A stretch of 64,000 nucleotides of DNA, from positions 64,001 through 128,000 of IMG/VR virus record IMGVR_UViG_3300032323_002909. One strand, 5' to 3'. Every line of letters begins with the position of its first letter. The first letter of the stretch is position 1. The notes under the pieces were generated by a model. The model was not told the DNA's origin. It saw nothing but the letters and a program-made list of their open reading frames with translations, and searched no databases. This DNA is from a virus. Shown here piece by piece: positions 44,976-55,155 of this stretch. The position numbers and the translations under genes were made by a program.

Positions 44976-45398
44976 TTATTTGGTGTTTTTGCTAGGACTG
45001 AATAACTCGGCTAATCCTGCCAAATCAGCCGCAATCTTTGCGATTTTGTCTTGATGTTTTTTAAGATTTGCAAGATTCGAGTTGGGATTAGCATTTTGTA
45101 GAGTTTTTTGAATACTCGTAGATTGCTCACCATTAATATATTTGGTGAATTTATTGATGTTGGTAATCCACTTGTCTAAAAGATTACTCATTTGTTCATT
45201 CTGACGAGCCATTGGATCATCTGTATTATTAATAGCATTTGGATCGGGTTCCATATCGACATCATAATCATCGATCCCCACATCATCGATACCATCCATA
45301 GAAGATTCGGCAGCATCTCTCTCCATAGTAGGATCGAAATCTAATTCAGGTGCTTCTTTGAGTAATTTAAGAAATTTTGATTTGAATTTGTTCGTCAT
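44976..45398 (-). CDS. late protein, putative internal head protein
   Basis: TAAATA 5 nt upstream; MTNKFKSKFLKLLKE-A. Confidence 0.65.
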   Translation of the reverse strand: MTNKFKSKFLKLLKEAPELDFDPTMERDAAESSMDGIDDVGIDDYDVDMEPDPNAINNTDDPMARQNEQMSNLLDKWITNINKFTKYINGEQSTSIQKTLQNANPNSNLANLKKHQDKIAKIAADLAGLAELFSPSKNTK

Positions 45399-45432
45399 GT
45401 TATTATTTAGCAAAAAATTATTAAATATCTAT

Positions 45433-45798
45433 ATGGCAGCTTCAAATTCCCCTTATTCCACCGCTATAGCATCAGGTGCTATTGATTTCGATTTCGAAAG
45501 TAGCCTGAGTCCCTCACAGCAAATGCAAAAATACAAAACTGAGGAATTGGACGCAATTGCTCCAAATATTCTACCTTTCGAATTCAGAGAAATTCCTCAA
45601 AATTTAGCAGCAATTATCGATAATGCTTTTCAGGCATCTTCAACATTGGAAAATGTTTTAAAAATTAAAAAATACGAGAAAAGTAGTGAGTTATTGAAGC
45701 TTAAAGGGAATCTCGAACAAGTTGTAATGTACTTTTCGAAAAAAAGTGATAATATTTTGTCGAAATACACTCTTGGCTTGCAAGACGATAAAAACTAG
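45433..45798 (+). CDS. hypothetical late protein
   Basis: TAAATA 5 nt upstream of MAASNSP. Confidence 0.6.
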   Translation: MAASNSPYSTAIASGAIDFDFESSLSPSQQMQKYKTEELDAIAPNILPFEFREIPQNLAAIIDNAFQASSTLENVLKIKKYEKSSELLKLKGNLEQVVMYFSKKSDNILSKYTLGLQDDKN

Positions 45799-45813
45799 TG
45801 TATCATGTTCAAC

Positions 45814-46332
45814 ATGATGAGTAAAACACACATAAAACATATAATACTGGGATTGACAGTATCGATAGGAATAGGATACAGTATATCGTCAAGCGACGAA
45901 GATTTTGTTAAAAAATCTATTATATCTGCAATAGGTTATTTCTTTGGATATCGTTATTTTATAAATAAAAAGAACATAGATGCCGAAGTTGAATCTCTGA
46001 AAGAACTCTTAGAAGAAAAAAAGGTTGACCAAAGAGTTGAAATTTTGGAAAACATGCTAGGAGAATCCGATAATATCATATCCAATCAAGAAGAAGTTAT
46101 CAAATACTATGAAGATTTATTAGATGATGCTACAGTGAGATTCCCTTGCAATTGTGGTGTGAACACATTCGAGGGTATATTCAAGCCAACTGGATCATAT
46201 ATTGTAGAATGTGAATTTTGTAAGAACAAATACAATATTGATTTGAAATTAGAAACTGCCCTGATCACCGAACCAATCGAAGATCTTAACATCGATAAAC
46301 TTATTAGAGAAAATACAAATGATAACAATTAA
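45814..46332 (+). CDS. membrane protein with coiled coil and C-terminal Cys cluster
   Basis: Two N-terminal hydrophobic segments, heptad region, CNC...CEFC; TTGCAA-N17-TATCAT upstream. Confidence 0.65.
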   Translation: MMSKTHIKHIILGLTVSIGIGYSISSSDEDFVKKSIISAIGYFFGYRYFINKKNIDAEVESLKELLEEKKVDQRVEILENMLGESDNIISNQEEVIKYYEDLLDDATVRFPCNCGVNTFEGIFKPTGSYIVECEFCKNKYNIDLKLETALITEPIEDLNIDKLIRENTNDNN

Positions 46333-46549
46333 TACAAAAAAAGGTGCAGTGGAAATGTCTTTAAGTGAATTTGCAAGATGGGCATGTTTGGTAGAGGCTT
46401 TGATGTTTATCAGTGATAAAGCCAAAGAACTCAATATATCACCAAAACATCTTGTGAAACCTAATGCATTGGATCAATACATAACCGAGAGATACCATTC
46501 AGTCTTTGCTGATGTCAAATATGAATATAATGCTGGCATGTTGAAATAA
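46319..46549 (+). CDS. hypothetical protein
   Basis: Last ORF of the plus-strand run, abutting a convergent gene. Confidence 0.6.
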   Translation: MITINTKKGAVEMSLSEFARWACLVEALMFISDKAKELNISPKHLVKPNALDQYITERYHSVFADVKYEYNAGMLK

Positions 46550-47179
46550 TTAAAATCCTAGAGTATTACAATCTTCAACAGGACAACCTTCGAAGATTGG
46601 TATCGCCACATTGATAATAGGTGGCGGGGTAACAGCCGATGGCGATGGTGTGGCGATAGTTGTAGGTGCTGAAGCCAATCTGAATTCAAAATTGAACGGT
46701 GACACTCGTGGTGGTCTTGAAAAATTCACCACGAGTGGTTTTATAGGGGTTACTGTTTGATTTATTATGGGTTCACTCCCAAAAGGCGTTATAATGTTGG
46801 ATGAACTAACCGATATAAATAAATTGATAGTAAAACAATCAGATACACCATTACATAACACCACTGTTCCATTATTAAATGAATTCACTGTTAGTAAATC
46901 ACTAACATATAGATTGTTGTCTTCTTCACTGTTAAATTGAATACTTACTTGATAAGATTCATTATTATAATCTTGAATAGAAAAAATTTGTGTTATCGAT
47001 CCTAAATTATCGTAGATATAAGAATCATATTCATCATATAGCAATTCTTGATCACTTTCCACACTGCCGACTAGCATCAAAGGAGGAAAATTATTCACCA
47101 ATGTAGTAACATTTTCGTTGCTACCAGTGTAACTCGTCAATGATAAAGTGACGGGATTATTGGTGAAATACGCAGCCAT
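46550..47179 (-). CDS. putative virion structural protein
   Basis: S/T/P-rich; last gene of the tail operon. Confidence 0.55.
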   Translation of the reverse strand: MAAYFTNNPVTLSLTSYTGSNENVTTLVNNFPPLMLVGSVESDQELLYDEYDSYIYDNLGSITQIFSIQDYNNESYQVSIQFNSEEDNNLYVSDLLTVNSFNNGTVVLCNGVSDCFTINLFISVSSSNIITPFGSEPIINQTVTPIKPLVVNFSRPPRVSPFNFEFRLASAPTTIATPSPSAVTPPPIINVAIPIFEGCPVEDCNTLGF

Positions 47180-47188
47180 ATAAAAATA

Positions 47189-47602
47189 TTATAATAATAT
47201 GGAAGGAATGGTAGATTTAATACCTTTCAAGTTATTTGGTAAAGGAGTCGAAGTGACATCCCTTAAAGCATTTTTTTGTGCTATCACATCCGACTGCAAT
47301 GCTGTATCACCAGATTCAAGAGCTTTCATATAAGACAAATCTAATGCATCTAGTTTGGATTTTCTTAATTTTCTCCAATAATCACGTTGGATATCTTTAG
47401 CTTTTTTAATATCGATGTTTATGGTATCATTTTTTAATACCCATGCTTTTCTGAAATAATTTTCGCTAGGTAAATCGTTTTTGTTTAAAATAACGTATTT
47501 ACTATCGTTTGGAACCATTGATATTAATGCTTCAATAGTCATTTCTACACATGGGTGAATGATGGCTACTCCGTCTTCTTTTTGATATGCAATAATATTC
47601 AT
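47189..47602 (-). CDS. tail fibre assembly/chaperone-like protein
   Basis: LPSENYFRKAW, R..R...L..LD..YMKALE, K.ALRDVT; follows a fibre gene. Confidence 0.75.
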   Translation of the reverse strand: MNIIAYQKEDGVAIIHPCVEMTIEALISMVPNDSKYVILNKNDLPSENYFRKAWVLKNDTINIDIKKAKDIQRDYWRKLRKSKLDALDLSYMKALESGDTALQSDVIAQKNALRDVTSTPLPNNLKGIKSTIPSILL

Positions 47603-47606
47603 GTTT

Positions 47607-48872
47607 TTATATAAAAATAGCTACGCAAATTTCGGTAGAATCATAGGGATCATCGCTTTCTCTGTTCCATATCTCTAATGCACTCGCTGTCTTTGTCCCA
47701 TCTAATGGTGGGGACATAACACTCCCCCAACCAACGTTGTTGATTTGCCTCGATGCCGCCACATAACAATAATTCGCTGATGGTAAAGGTGTGGTAAAAT
47801 TTATAATATACTTTCCTGTGTCTACACTAGTGATAGCAGATACATTGTAACTATTTATAATTGAAAGATTCGTACCGTTAAATACAACCCATGCTTTACT
47901 AGAACCATTTGCAGATGTGTTGATGGTTAATGTTGAATTGTTATTGAAATTAGCCGATCCTGATACATCACCTGTTAAACTAATGGTCTGACCACTTAAA
48001 TTTCCTTGAAGTGTAGTTCCTCTGATTGTTCCATTAACTTGTAATTTTGCAACTGGATCAGTTACTCCGATACCAACATTACCTGTTTCATCGATGCGCA
48101 ATCTTTCAGTTCGTCTATCGGTTCTGGTTCCCGCTCCTTGTGTTTGAAACACCATTTCAGATGCGCCATCTGTTCTTACGATAGTTTGTATATTTGATAC
48201 AGCGTTACCTGATTCATTATTAACGGTAAAGAATACTGAAGCTTCGGCAGTAAGTGCTGCGAAATTGTTTTGAACTGAAATGCCTCTAGCTTGGTCGCCA
48301 CCACCTACAAAACGTGCTAAATTACTACTCAATGCTACAACATCCAATGCCGCAGAAAGGGTGGTTGTTCCTATTCCCACAAGTCCTTGATTGGTTATAA
48401 CAAAACGGGTAGTGGTGCTAAGAGGATCTTCAACCTCTAATGCGTTACCAGCACCTGCTTGTTTTATCAATAGTCCAGCACGTGATGCGTTCAATGTGAT
48501 AGTATCGCCACTTTTGGATACATATTCTCCACTCACGTTACTAACTGTCGTGGAATTGTTGGCGATTTCTTCCCAATCGCTAATTCTGGAACCATCGTTT
48601 TCTTTAAGACGATATAAAAGTTTGTCGCTTGTACTATATGCTAAATCACCCACTTCTGCTGGTGCGAATAGAGTAACACTCGCACCACTACCTTTGAATA
48701 TATTTCCCGCTACTACACCGCCTCTAGTAGCGCCATCACCTACAAACAAACGTCTTGTGTCGGTGGTATATCCTGGCTCACCTGGATTTAAAATCACGTT
48801 TTTTCTTTCATTATCAGTCCCTTGGCGAACTAATAATTTTATCAAACTGTTATCAAATATTTCTATGCTCAT
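47607..48872 (-). CDS. tail fibre protein (Mtd-N/hyaluronidase-N-like N-terminus)
   Basis: VRQGT..L..GEPGYTTDTRRLFVGDG..GG; GNVGIG..P..KLQV.G; AWV.FNG..S.NVS.I...TGKY.INF. Confidence 0.85.
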   Translation of the reverse strand: MSIEIFDNSLIKLLVRQGTDNERKNVILNPGEPGYTTDTRRLFVGDGATRGGVVAGNIFKGSGASVTLFAPAEVGDLAYSTSDKLLYRLKENDGSRISDWEEIANNSTTVSNVSGEYVSKSGDTITLNASRAGLLIKQAGAGNALEVEDPLSTTTRFVITNQGLVGIGTTTLSAALDVVALSSNLARFVGGGDQARGISVQNNFAALTAEASVFFTVNNESGNAVSNIQTIVRTDGASEMVFQTQGAGTRTDRRTERLRIDETGNVGIGVTDPVAKLQVNGTIRGTTLQGNLSGQTISLTGDVSGSANFNNNSTLTINTSANGSSKAWVVFNGTNLSIINSYNVSAITSVDTGKYIINFTTPLPSANYCYVAASRQINNVGWGSVMSPPLDGTKTASALEIWNRESDDPYDSTEICVAIFI

Positions 48873-48873
48873 A

Positions 48874-49965
48874 TTAATATGCAAAAATTGGTATTGCAAA
48901 CCTCCCCACTAATTGATTGTCCCTACTAACATTATTACCTTCAAATGTTAAGAATCCTGCCGATGTTAATATTACAGTCATTGTGCTACCATCGTTTAAA
49001 ATATTATTTAATGCTGTTGCACTAAGTCTTGTGACAGTTAAATTCGGAATCGCCCCTGTAATTGTATGTGCGGGTGTACCATTGAACAAACTACTCAATC
49101 CAACGCCTAAGCTTGATGCGCCTATTCCAGTCAATGTGCTGAAAATAGATTTTTCTACTGAGTTTCTATCGATAATAGGTTTCCAATTGTTGAGATTTGT
49201 CGATGGATTAGCACTCAACTGATAAAATACTCCATCAACGCTAGCCATATCGCCTATTCTTGGATTATTATTGGAACCACCACTTAAAAGAGTTAAATCA
49301 GTCGTGGTAGATTGTGGTAAATAAATTTTGGTAATACCATCATAATTGATATTTAATTCTCTATCAACATAACGAAACTGACTAGGATTAGCTATAATTT
49401 GAATAGGTGCGTTATTTCCACCACTTATACCATTTCCAAAAGATGTGGATTTGATTTCTTTTTGCGTTATAGCATTTGCACTCAATGTTAAAACATTGTT
49501 GGGTACATCGAAAAAATTCGTATCGTAATTGATTCGTAGTAAATTGTTTCGAATAACCAACCCATCAGTTATTGTATTTGGGTTGATTTTAGAAGCTGAT
49601 AAACCACTAAGTTTAACATTTAAAGTAGATGCATCATCATATTCCAATTCATTTGAAATTTTCGTAGCCAACCTACCCCAATTTGCAATGTTTGTATGGG
49701 GGGTTGCTGTTAATTGATACCACACGTTATTGATCGGTACAATATCACCAACTTCTGCATATAAAGATGATAAATTATTGACGATGTTAACTGGTGTGTT
49801 TACTTTACTAACTACCGACACTCCTCCCAGAGTCACACCATTTCCAATATATAAACGATTGGTATCAATAGTGTAAGATAATTCACCTTGATCCAACCGA
49901 GTTAAAATTCTTTGAGCATTAGTACCTCTGCGAATTTTTATTTTAGATATAAAAAATTGTGACAT
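48874..49965 (-). CDS. tail fibre-related protein (Mtd-N-like N-terminus)
   Basis: IRRGT..LDQGELSYTIDTNRLYIGNG..GG. Confidence 0.8.
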   Translation of the reverse strand: MSQFFISKIKIRRGTNAQRILTRLDQGELSYTIDTNRLYIGNGVTLGGVSVVSKVNTPVNIVNNLSSLYAEVGDIVPINNVWYQLTATPHTNIANWGRLATKISNELEYDDASTLNVKLSGLSASKINPNTITDGLVIRNNLLRINYDTNFFDVPNNVLTLSANAITQKEIKSTSFGNGISGGNNAPIQIIANPSQFRYVDRELNINYDGITKIYLPQSTTTDLTLLSGGSNNNPRIGDMASVDGVFYQLSANPSTNLNNWKPIIDRNSVEKSIFSTLTGIGASSLGVGLSSLFNGTPAHTITGAIPNLTVTRLSATALNNILNDGSTMTVILTSAGFLTFEGNNVSRDNQLVGRFAIPIFAY

Positions 49966-49974
49966 ATTGATTAT

Positions 49975-50667
49975 TTAAGAAAGTCTTCTCCAAACGTATA
50001 CACCAAAACTTGGTGGAGTATTATTGTGCGCATTGCCACCACCAGTTCTTGAAGTAAATCCTTGGCGATTGGTTGAACTGAAGCTTCCAACAGCATCTGC
50101 TGAAAAATAAGATGCATCAGGATTAGATGATGTTCTATTTTCATCCATATCTTGCCTACTAGCACCATATATATGTGGATGTTGGGTGCTATTGGTAAGT
50201 GCTTCGGTTCGAACACCATTCAAATGATTATGTTCTGGTATCTGACCAACTGTCAATGCTACAGTGTACTCGCCACTGTTATTACCTTCTGTAAAGGATC
50301 TACTACTTGTGTTATCATCAGTGCCATTGCCAACACCCACCAAAAATCTTCCTTGTGATACTAGAGTCCAAGTAGTTCCACTAAATCTGGTTTGTGGGTT
50401 TACAGAGGTCGCGGTTAGATATAATGAATCGACAGGATATAAAAAATCTATAATATTATTAAAACCTACCACCGATATTGTATCTGCTTCTAATTTTCCG
50501 CTGATTTTGATACCTTTAGTCTCCGCACCAATACTCAATGCGGTTTTATTACCCAATCCATCATACATAACCACGGGATCATTTCCCACAATTGGTGTGT
50601 TTGAGGTGTGGAGAAATCCTGTATAGGCATCTGCAATAAATTCATCCGTAAGATTTGGTAAAGGCAT
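49975..50667 (-). CDS. baseplate/collar-domain protein (T4 gp10/gp12 C-terminal-like)
   Basis: YPVDSLY, NP...G.TW...GRFLVG, GE....LT..QIPEHNH, AHNN.PP..VY.WRR. Confidence 0.85.
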   Translation of the reverse strand: MPLPNLTDEFIADAYTGFLHTSNTPIVGNDPVVMYDGLGNKTALSIGAETKGIKISGKLEADTISVVGFNNIIDFLYPVDSLYLTATSVNPQTRFSGTTWTLVSQGRFLVGVGNGTDDNTSSRSFTEGNNSGEYTVALTVGQIPEHNHLNGVRTEALTNSTQHPHIYGASRQDMDENRTSSNPDASYFSADAVGSFSSTNRQGFTSRTGGGNAHNNTPPSFGVYVWRRLS

Positions 50668-50675
50668 ATTATTAT

Positions 50676-52469
50676 TTAGTTATCGGCGATTAAATTAGCA
50701 ATTAATTTTTGTTGAATTTCTACAATTAACGTGAAAATCCTTTGTAGTGTAATAGTATTGACACTTTCATTACCATTCATTTTCAGATTATTTAAATCAT
50801 ATTCAATTTGTTTTATATTGCCCAATAAAACATCATCATTTCTTATAATATATGAATTGATTGCTTTGGTATGTAGCGTTAAAATGTCAGCTGTTATATT
50901 GAATAACTGCCTATTTAGAAATATACCGAAAGAATCACTGACACAATCAATATCGATGAAGTATTTTTTTAAACTTCTATTGATAGCCGACTGATAGGTA
51001 TCAATTATGGGTTGTTTCAACGTATATAACCTACGAGAATTGTGTAAAAGATGATAATTGGTATCACCTTTACTCAATTCTTTGAAATTTATATTCACTA
51101 TATTAGTGTTTTCTCCCGAATTCAATGTTATTAGTTTATTGTCGAATACATAATAAGCATCTTTAAAGGTTAATCTTGGTAGATATTTTAAATTATAATC
51201 TCTAAATGTCGCTGATGCGTATGATGGATTTGAAATATACCTACACTCTATTCTATTTTTCGTATTGATGAAAAATATATTAGAATCGAATGAAGAAAAT
51301 TTTAAAACATATTTACTAGAAATTGGGAAACTTGATAAAATGTTATCAGTAAAACTGTTTTCAAAATCAAATGGATCGAAGAAACATATTCTATACTCAT
51401 TAACATTTCTATACAATATAGATACCAGATCATCAACACTTCGAATGTCAATTGCTAATGCTGTGGTTATACCCAGATCATTCAATGGTATAGTTGCTAA
51501 TACTTGAGATCCTTTTTTATTATAAATGTATAAAACTTGGTCATCATCAATAAAAGTCCTCATCTTGCTGCCAAATTTCACACTATCAACATTGTTCTCG
51601 TTTAATATGAAATTCTTTTTCTCGAAAAATTGTTTTACTTTAATGAATTTAATTTTGTCTGTAAATTTTAATTCAAAATGTTGCACAGGTTTTAATTGTA
51701 ACTTATCCACCAATATCAAATGATCAAAAATATTTTCACCCTCACCTCCACATGATATAAAATTTAAACCTTCATAAACACAAACTTCATCATTTATCAT
51801 GATATTGATTTTATTATCAACTTCATCATAATAAATACCATAAATTTCTTGTTTTTCTTCTAACTGTAATGATTTATAAGTTAATTCTTTTCTGTCTGTG
51901 AATGAACCTATGATCAAAATTAAATCTTTTCCAGTAGAACATAAATATTTAAAATTCTGATTGGACTGCACGATAAAATCACCATATTTTATCTTTTCCA
52001 GAAAGCTCCATTCTACACTGTCATTAAGATTTGCCGCATATAGCGAATTAATCTTACCAGTCATGTCATCTGGATTATTTACATTAGTCGATGTTAACCC
52101 ATAAAAATGACAATTATTGTTATCGAAATCAACTATTTGAGGATTTTGAGTAAACAATGATTTAAAAACGATCAAATTGTTGGTATTGATAGCATCGAAT
52201 ATTTTATCTAATTCATTTTTATTTAAAATATCAAAAGAATTGCTAAAATATGGTTTAATACTCTCAATAGAATTATACTGGTTATCAAATTCTAATTTTT
52301 TTAGATAAAAATTTGACATGAAATTTTGTTTAGGGGTCAACAGTTCTGAATTACTGTCTTTCAATTTTCCAGTATATGCGTTATCATCTACTATTGTGAA
52401 AAAACCACTGTAATCAACGTTGTTTAACGTAAAAGCATCGCCATTTGTATATTTGAAGTATGAAATCAT
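50676..52469 (-). CDS. putative baseplate/tail structural protein
   Basis: Large N/D-rich ORF in the baseplate operon. Confidence 0.65.
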   Translation of the reverse strand: MISYFKYTNGDAFTLNNVDYSGFFTIVDDNAYTGKLKDSNSELLTPKQNFMSNFYLKKLEFDNQYNSIESIKPYFSNSFDILNKNELDKIFDAINTNNLIVFKSLFTQNPQIVDFDNNNCHFYGLTSTNVNNPDDMTGKINSLYAANLNDSVEWSFLEKIKYGDFIVQSNQNFKYLCSTGKDLILIIGSFTDRKELTYKSLQLEEKQEIYGIYYDEVDNKINIMINDEVCVYEGLNFISCGGEGENIFDHLILVDKLQLKPVQHFELKFTDKIKFIKVKQFFEKKNFILNENNVDSVKFGSKMRTFIDDDQVLYIYNKKGSQVLATIPLNDLGITTALAIDIRSVDDLVSILYRNVNEYRICFFDPFDFENSFTDNILSSFPISSKYVLKFSSFDSNIFFINTKNRIECRYISNPSYASATFRDYNLKYLPRLTFKDAYYVFDNKLITLNSGENTNIVNINFKELSKGDTNYHLLHNSRRLYTLKQPIIDTYQSAINRSLKKYFIDIDCVSDSFGIFLNRQLFNITADILTLHTKAINSYIIRNDDVLLGNIKQIEYDLNNLKMNGNESVNTITLQRIFTLIVEIQQKLIANLIADN

Positions 52470-54661
52470 TTGAAGTATGTGATATTATTTATTTCTGTGG
52501 TGAGAGGAGTGTATCTGTTACACGTATCAGCAACTATTAAATTCAACTCGTTTTTTATATTTTCAGGTAAATCAACATTTCTAATCAAAACATTGATATA
52601 ATTAGATTTAAATGCTTGATTATTACATACGGTTTGGAATAAATCTATATCATCTTCGCTGTTTCTTTGATCACAAGGTAAAGTTACTTTAATATTGTCA
52701 ATAGCGATCAATTTGTTCGTAAATGGTAAAATTAAAGATTCATTGACTGTTAATGATCTAGTATATATGTCAAAAATTAAATCTTTTGCGGTAGTATTGA
52801 AATTCCCAAATAATAATTTTTTATCATAAAATTGAAATGGGTCGAAGGTTATATTCAAGACAATACCACCATTTAAGTTTACATACCCGATTCCTTTTTT
52901 AGAATTTAGAGAAAACACCAAAAAGTTTTTCTTTAATTTTTTTATAGCCTGTGATGTAGTATATTCGGTATATGTATTATCACTAGGATCGAATAATACA
53001 TACTCGAAATTAATAGTATCGTTTGTTTTCACTATAGACAACCCAGCATCTATATTATTTCTACTACTATTAAACACCCAATTGTTACCATCGCCTTCAA
53101 ATACCATAAATATGGTAAATTCGCCATCAGTATTTATATTTTCGAAATAATTAAAACTGTTTATGTCGCATTTATCCACTATATTACTAGATAACAAAGT
53201 ATTCGATAATGTTTCTAGATTACCAATTCTTTCATAAATGAATTCATCGTTTGCTTCTATGATAAAATCACTTTTTTTGTCAAAAATTTGAAAAGCGGAT
53301 AGAGAATTATTGGTTGCTGTATTAGCATTCACATATATTTCAATCAATTCTTGATATGTTGGATTGAAAGTTGATCTAAGTTTTAACGCTTCCTCTTTTT
53401 CGATCATGTCTGGATAGTAATATCTATCCACCCATATTTTATTATCACCTAGAGGAGAACCAGATAACCAAGTGCAGAGGTATACTTGCCCATCATCATA
53501 ACCATTATCATTATCCAGTCTATATACCCTATCTGCATAAATGGGGGTATCGAAAGAAAATGCACCACATTCTACAAATTTGCTATCATTAATGTTTAAT
53601 CTAATATAAGGAAATATACTACTAGGTGCCTTTATGTAATTTATACCTGATTTTATAGTGTATGATTTATTGTACAATACGTAATTCAATGCTAATGTTT
53701 CGTCTTTTTCTTTATCTATATCATTAAAAATTGAAGTATAATCTCTCATACCCTCCATGAAAAACAATGATGTGTTACTAGAAAGCAAATTATTACCCGA
53801 TGTGAATACGTCATCTTGAGTCAATTGATTTTTCAATGTAATGATTTCAGGATTATTATCCTTCACATGTATTAGATAATTATTTTTTAAATTTTTAGTT
53901 ATGAGATTGTTTGGTATATTATTGGCTAAATCGTAACCCACCAGACTAAAATTATCACTACTATTAATATTATTGTATAAAGGTCTATCTATCAATATGG
54001 CATTATTTATTGATAATGTTTTGTTATCTTCTTCAAATGTTTGAAGAGACAAACTATTGCCTAATTTTGTTAAAATTTTACAAATACCACCACTATTTTC
54101 AAATAAACACAGTGAATTGTTTGTTTTTGAGTAGATATAATTAAAAGTTATTGGCTCGATATTAGCACCTTTGGCATAAAAAGATAATATACCCAGATTA
54201 TCAATCCCTAAATAATATTTTTTATAATTGAGTGATGCATATACTCTGCATCTGTTCTCACTCATGAATTCTATAGTAAATTCTGACGATTGATTAGCAC
54301 TTGTTTCAAAATTGTAATCACCGTATTCTAAATATTCGTTGAATACTCCCAAAGTTGCCAATAATCTGCGGTCTTTTAAACTAAATTTTAAATAATTACT
54401 TCCAAAATTTAATTTTGTAAGCATTGCTTCTGATTTAATATCGTCTTTTGTGGATTCTTCGATATTATCTAGCAACATTTCATCGGTAAGATAAAAAGTG
54501 CTGTAATTTTTATGTTTAACGTCTCTAATTTTTGTAAAAGCATTATAAAAATTTAGTGACAATCCACCATCGTAATACCTTTTATATTTTTTTAAGATAT
54601 TGGTGTCACTTACAAATTCTCGGGGCTTGCACGATGATAATTTTTCTACAGATACATCCAC
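52466..54661 (-). CDS. putative baseplate/tail structural protein (GTG start)
   Basis: TAAATA 5 nt before the GTG; beta-rich; YLCTWLSG..WVDRYY. Confidence 0.65.
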   Translation of the reverse strand: MDVSVEKLSSCKPREFVSDTNILKKYKRYYDGGLSLNFYNAFTKIRDVKHKNYSTFYLTDEMLLDNIEESTKDDIKSEAMLTKLNFGSNYLKFSLKDRRLLATLGVFNEYLEYGDYNFETSANQSSEFTIEFMSENRCRVYASLNYKKYYLGIDNLGILSFYAKGANIEPITFNYIYSKTNNSLCLFENSGGICKILTKLGNSLSLQTFEEDNKTLSINNAILIDRPLYNNINSSDNFSLVGYDLANNIPNNLITKNLKNNYLIHVKDNNPEIITLKNQLTQDDVFTSGNNLLSSNTSLFFMEGMRDYTSIFNDIDKEKDETLALNYVLYNKSYTIKSGINYIKAPSSIFPYIRLNINDSKFVECGAFSFDTPIYADRVYRLDNDNGYDDGQVYLCTWLSGSPLGDNKIWVDRYYYPDMIEKEEALKLRSTFNPTYQELIEIYVNANTATNNSLSAFQIFDKKSDFIIEANDEFIYERIGNLETLSNTLLSSNIVDKCDINSFNYFENINTDGEFTIFMVFEGDGNNWVFNSSRNNIDAGLSIVKTNDTINFEYVLFDPSDNTYTEYTTSQAIKKLKKNFLVFSLNSKKGIGYVNLNGGIVLNITFDPFQFYDKKLLFGNFNTTAKDLIFDIYTRSLTVNESLILPFTNKLIAIDNIKVTLPCDQRNSEDDIDLFQTVCNNQAFKSNYINVLIRNVDLPENIKNELNLIVADTCNRYTPLTTEINNITYFK

Positions 54662-54669
54662 AATATTAT

Positions 54670-55155
54670 TTAATTGAATGGTGTCTCGACCTCTACTAGT
54701 AATCCATCTTTTTTGGTTACAAATTGATGTATTTTTTTATCTGTTTTCAGCACAGTATTCAACAAATACATATCTTCGATACTTTCCTCATAATCATAAT
54801 TTGTGATTGTTATGGGTATGGTGAACGTAGAGACATCATTATTACAATATTTTAAAGTGCATACTGCCGTAAGTTGATGTGTTTTATTATCACCATTTGG
54901 ATAATAAATATTCTTAAAAGTTTGATAGAAAAATGATGAGAAAGCATTATTTATCAATAGTTTTGGAGTAAAAATATCATTTTCTATGAATATGGTGACA
55001 CCATTACCCCAATCTACGTGCAAATACAAAGGTAAAAATTTTTCAGATATGCCGAAAACATTTAATTCTAATTCGGTAATGTCAACTATAGACAGAGGGA
55101 CTGTCGTATTGAAATTTGTATTATTCGAGGATAATGAAAGGGTTGCAGTGTTCAT
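54670..55155 (-). CDS. small PKD/Ig-like structural protein
   Basis: VDWGNG motif. Confidence 0.6.
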   Translation of the reverse strand: MNTATLSLSSNNTNFNTTVPLSIVDITELELNVFGISEKFLPLYLHVDWGNGVTIFIENDIFTPKLLINNAFSSFFYQTFKNIYYPNGDNKTHQLTAVCTLKYCNNDVSTFTIPITITNYDYEESIEDMYLLNTVLKTDKKIHQFVTKKDGLLVEVETPFN

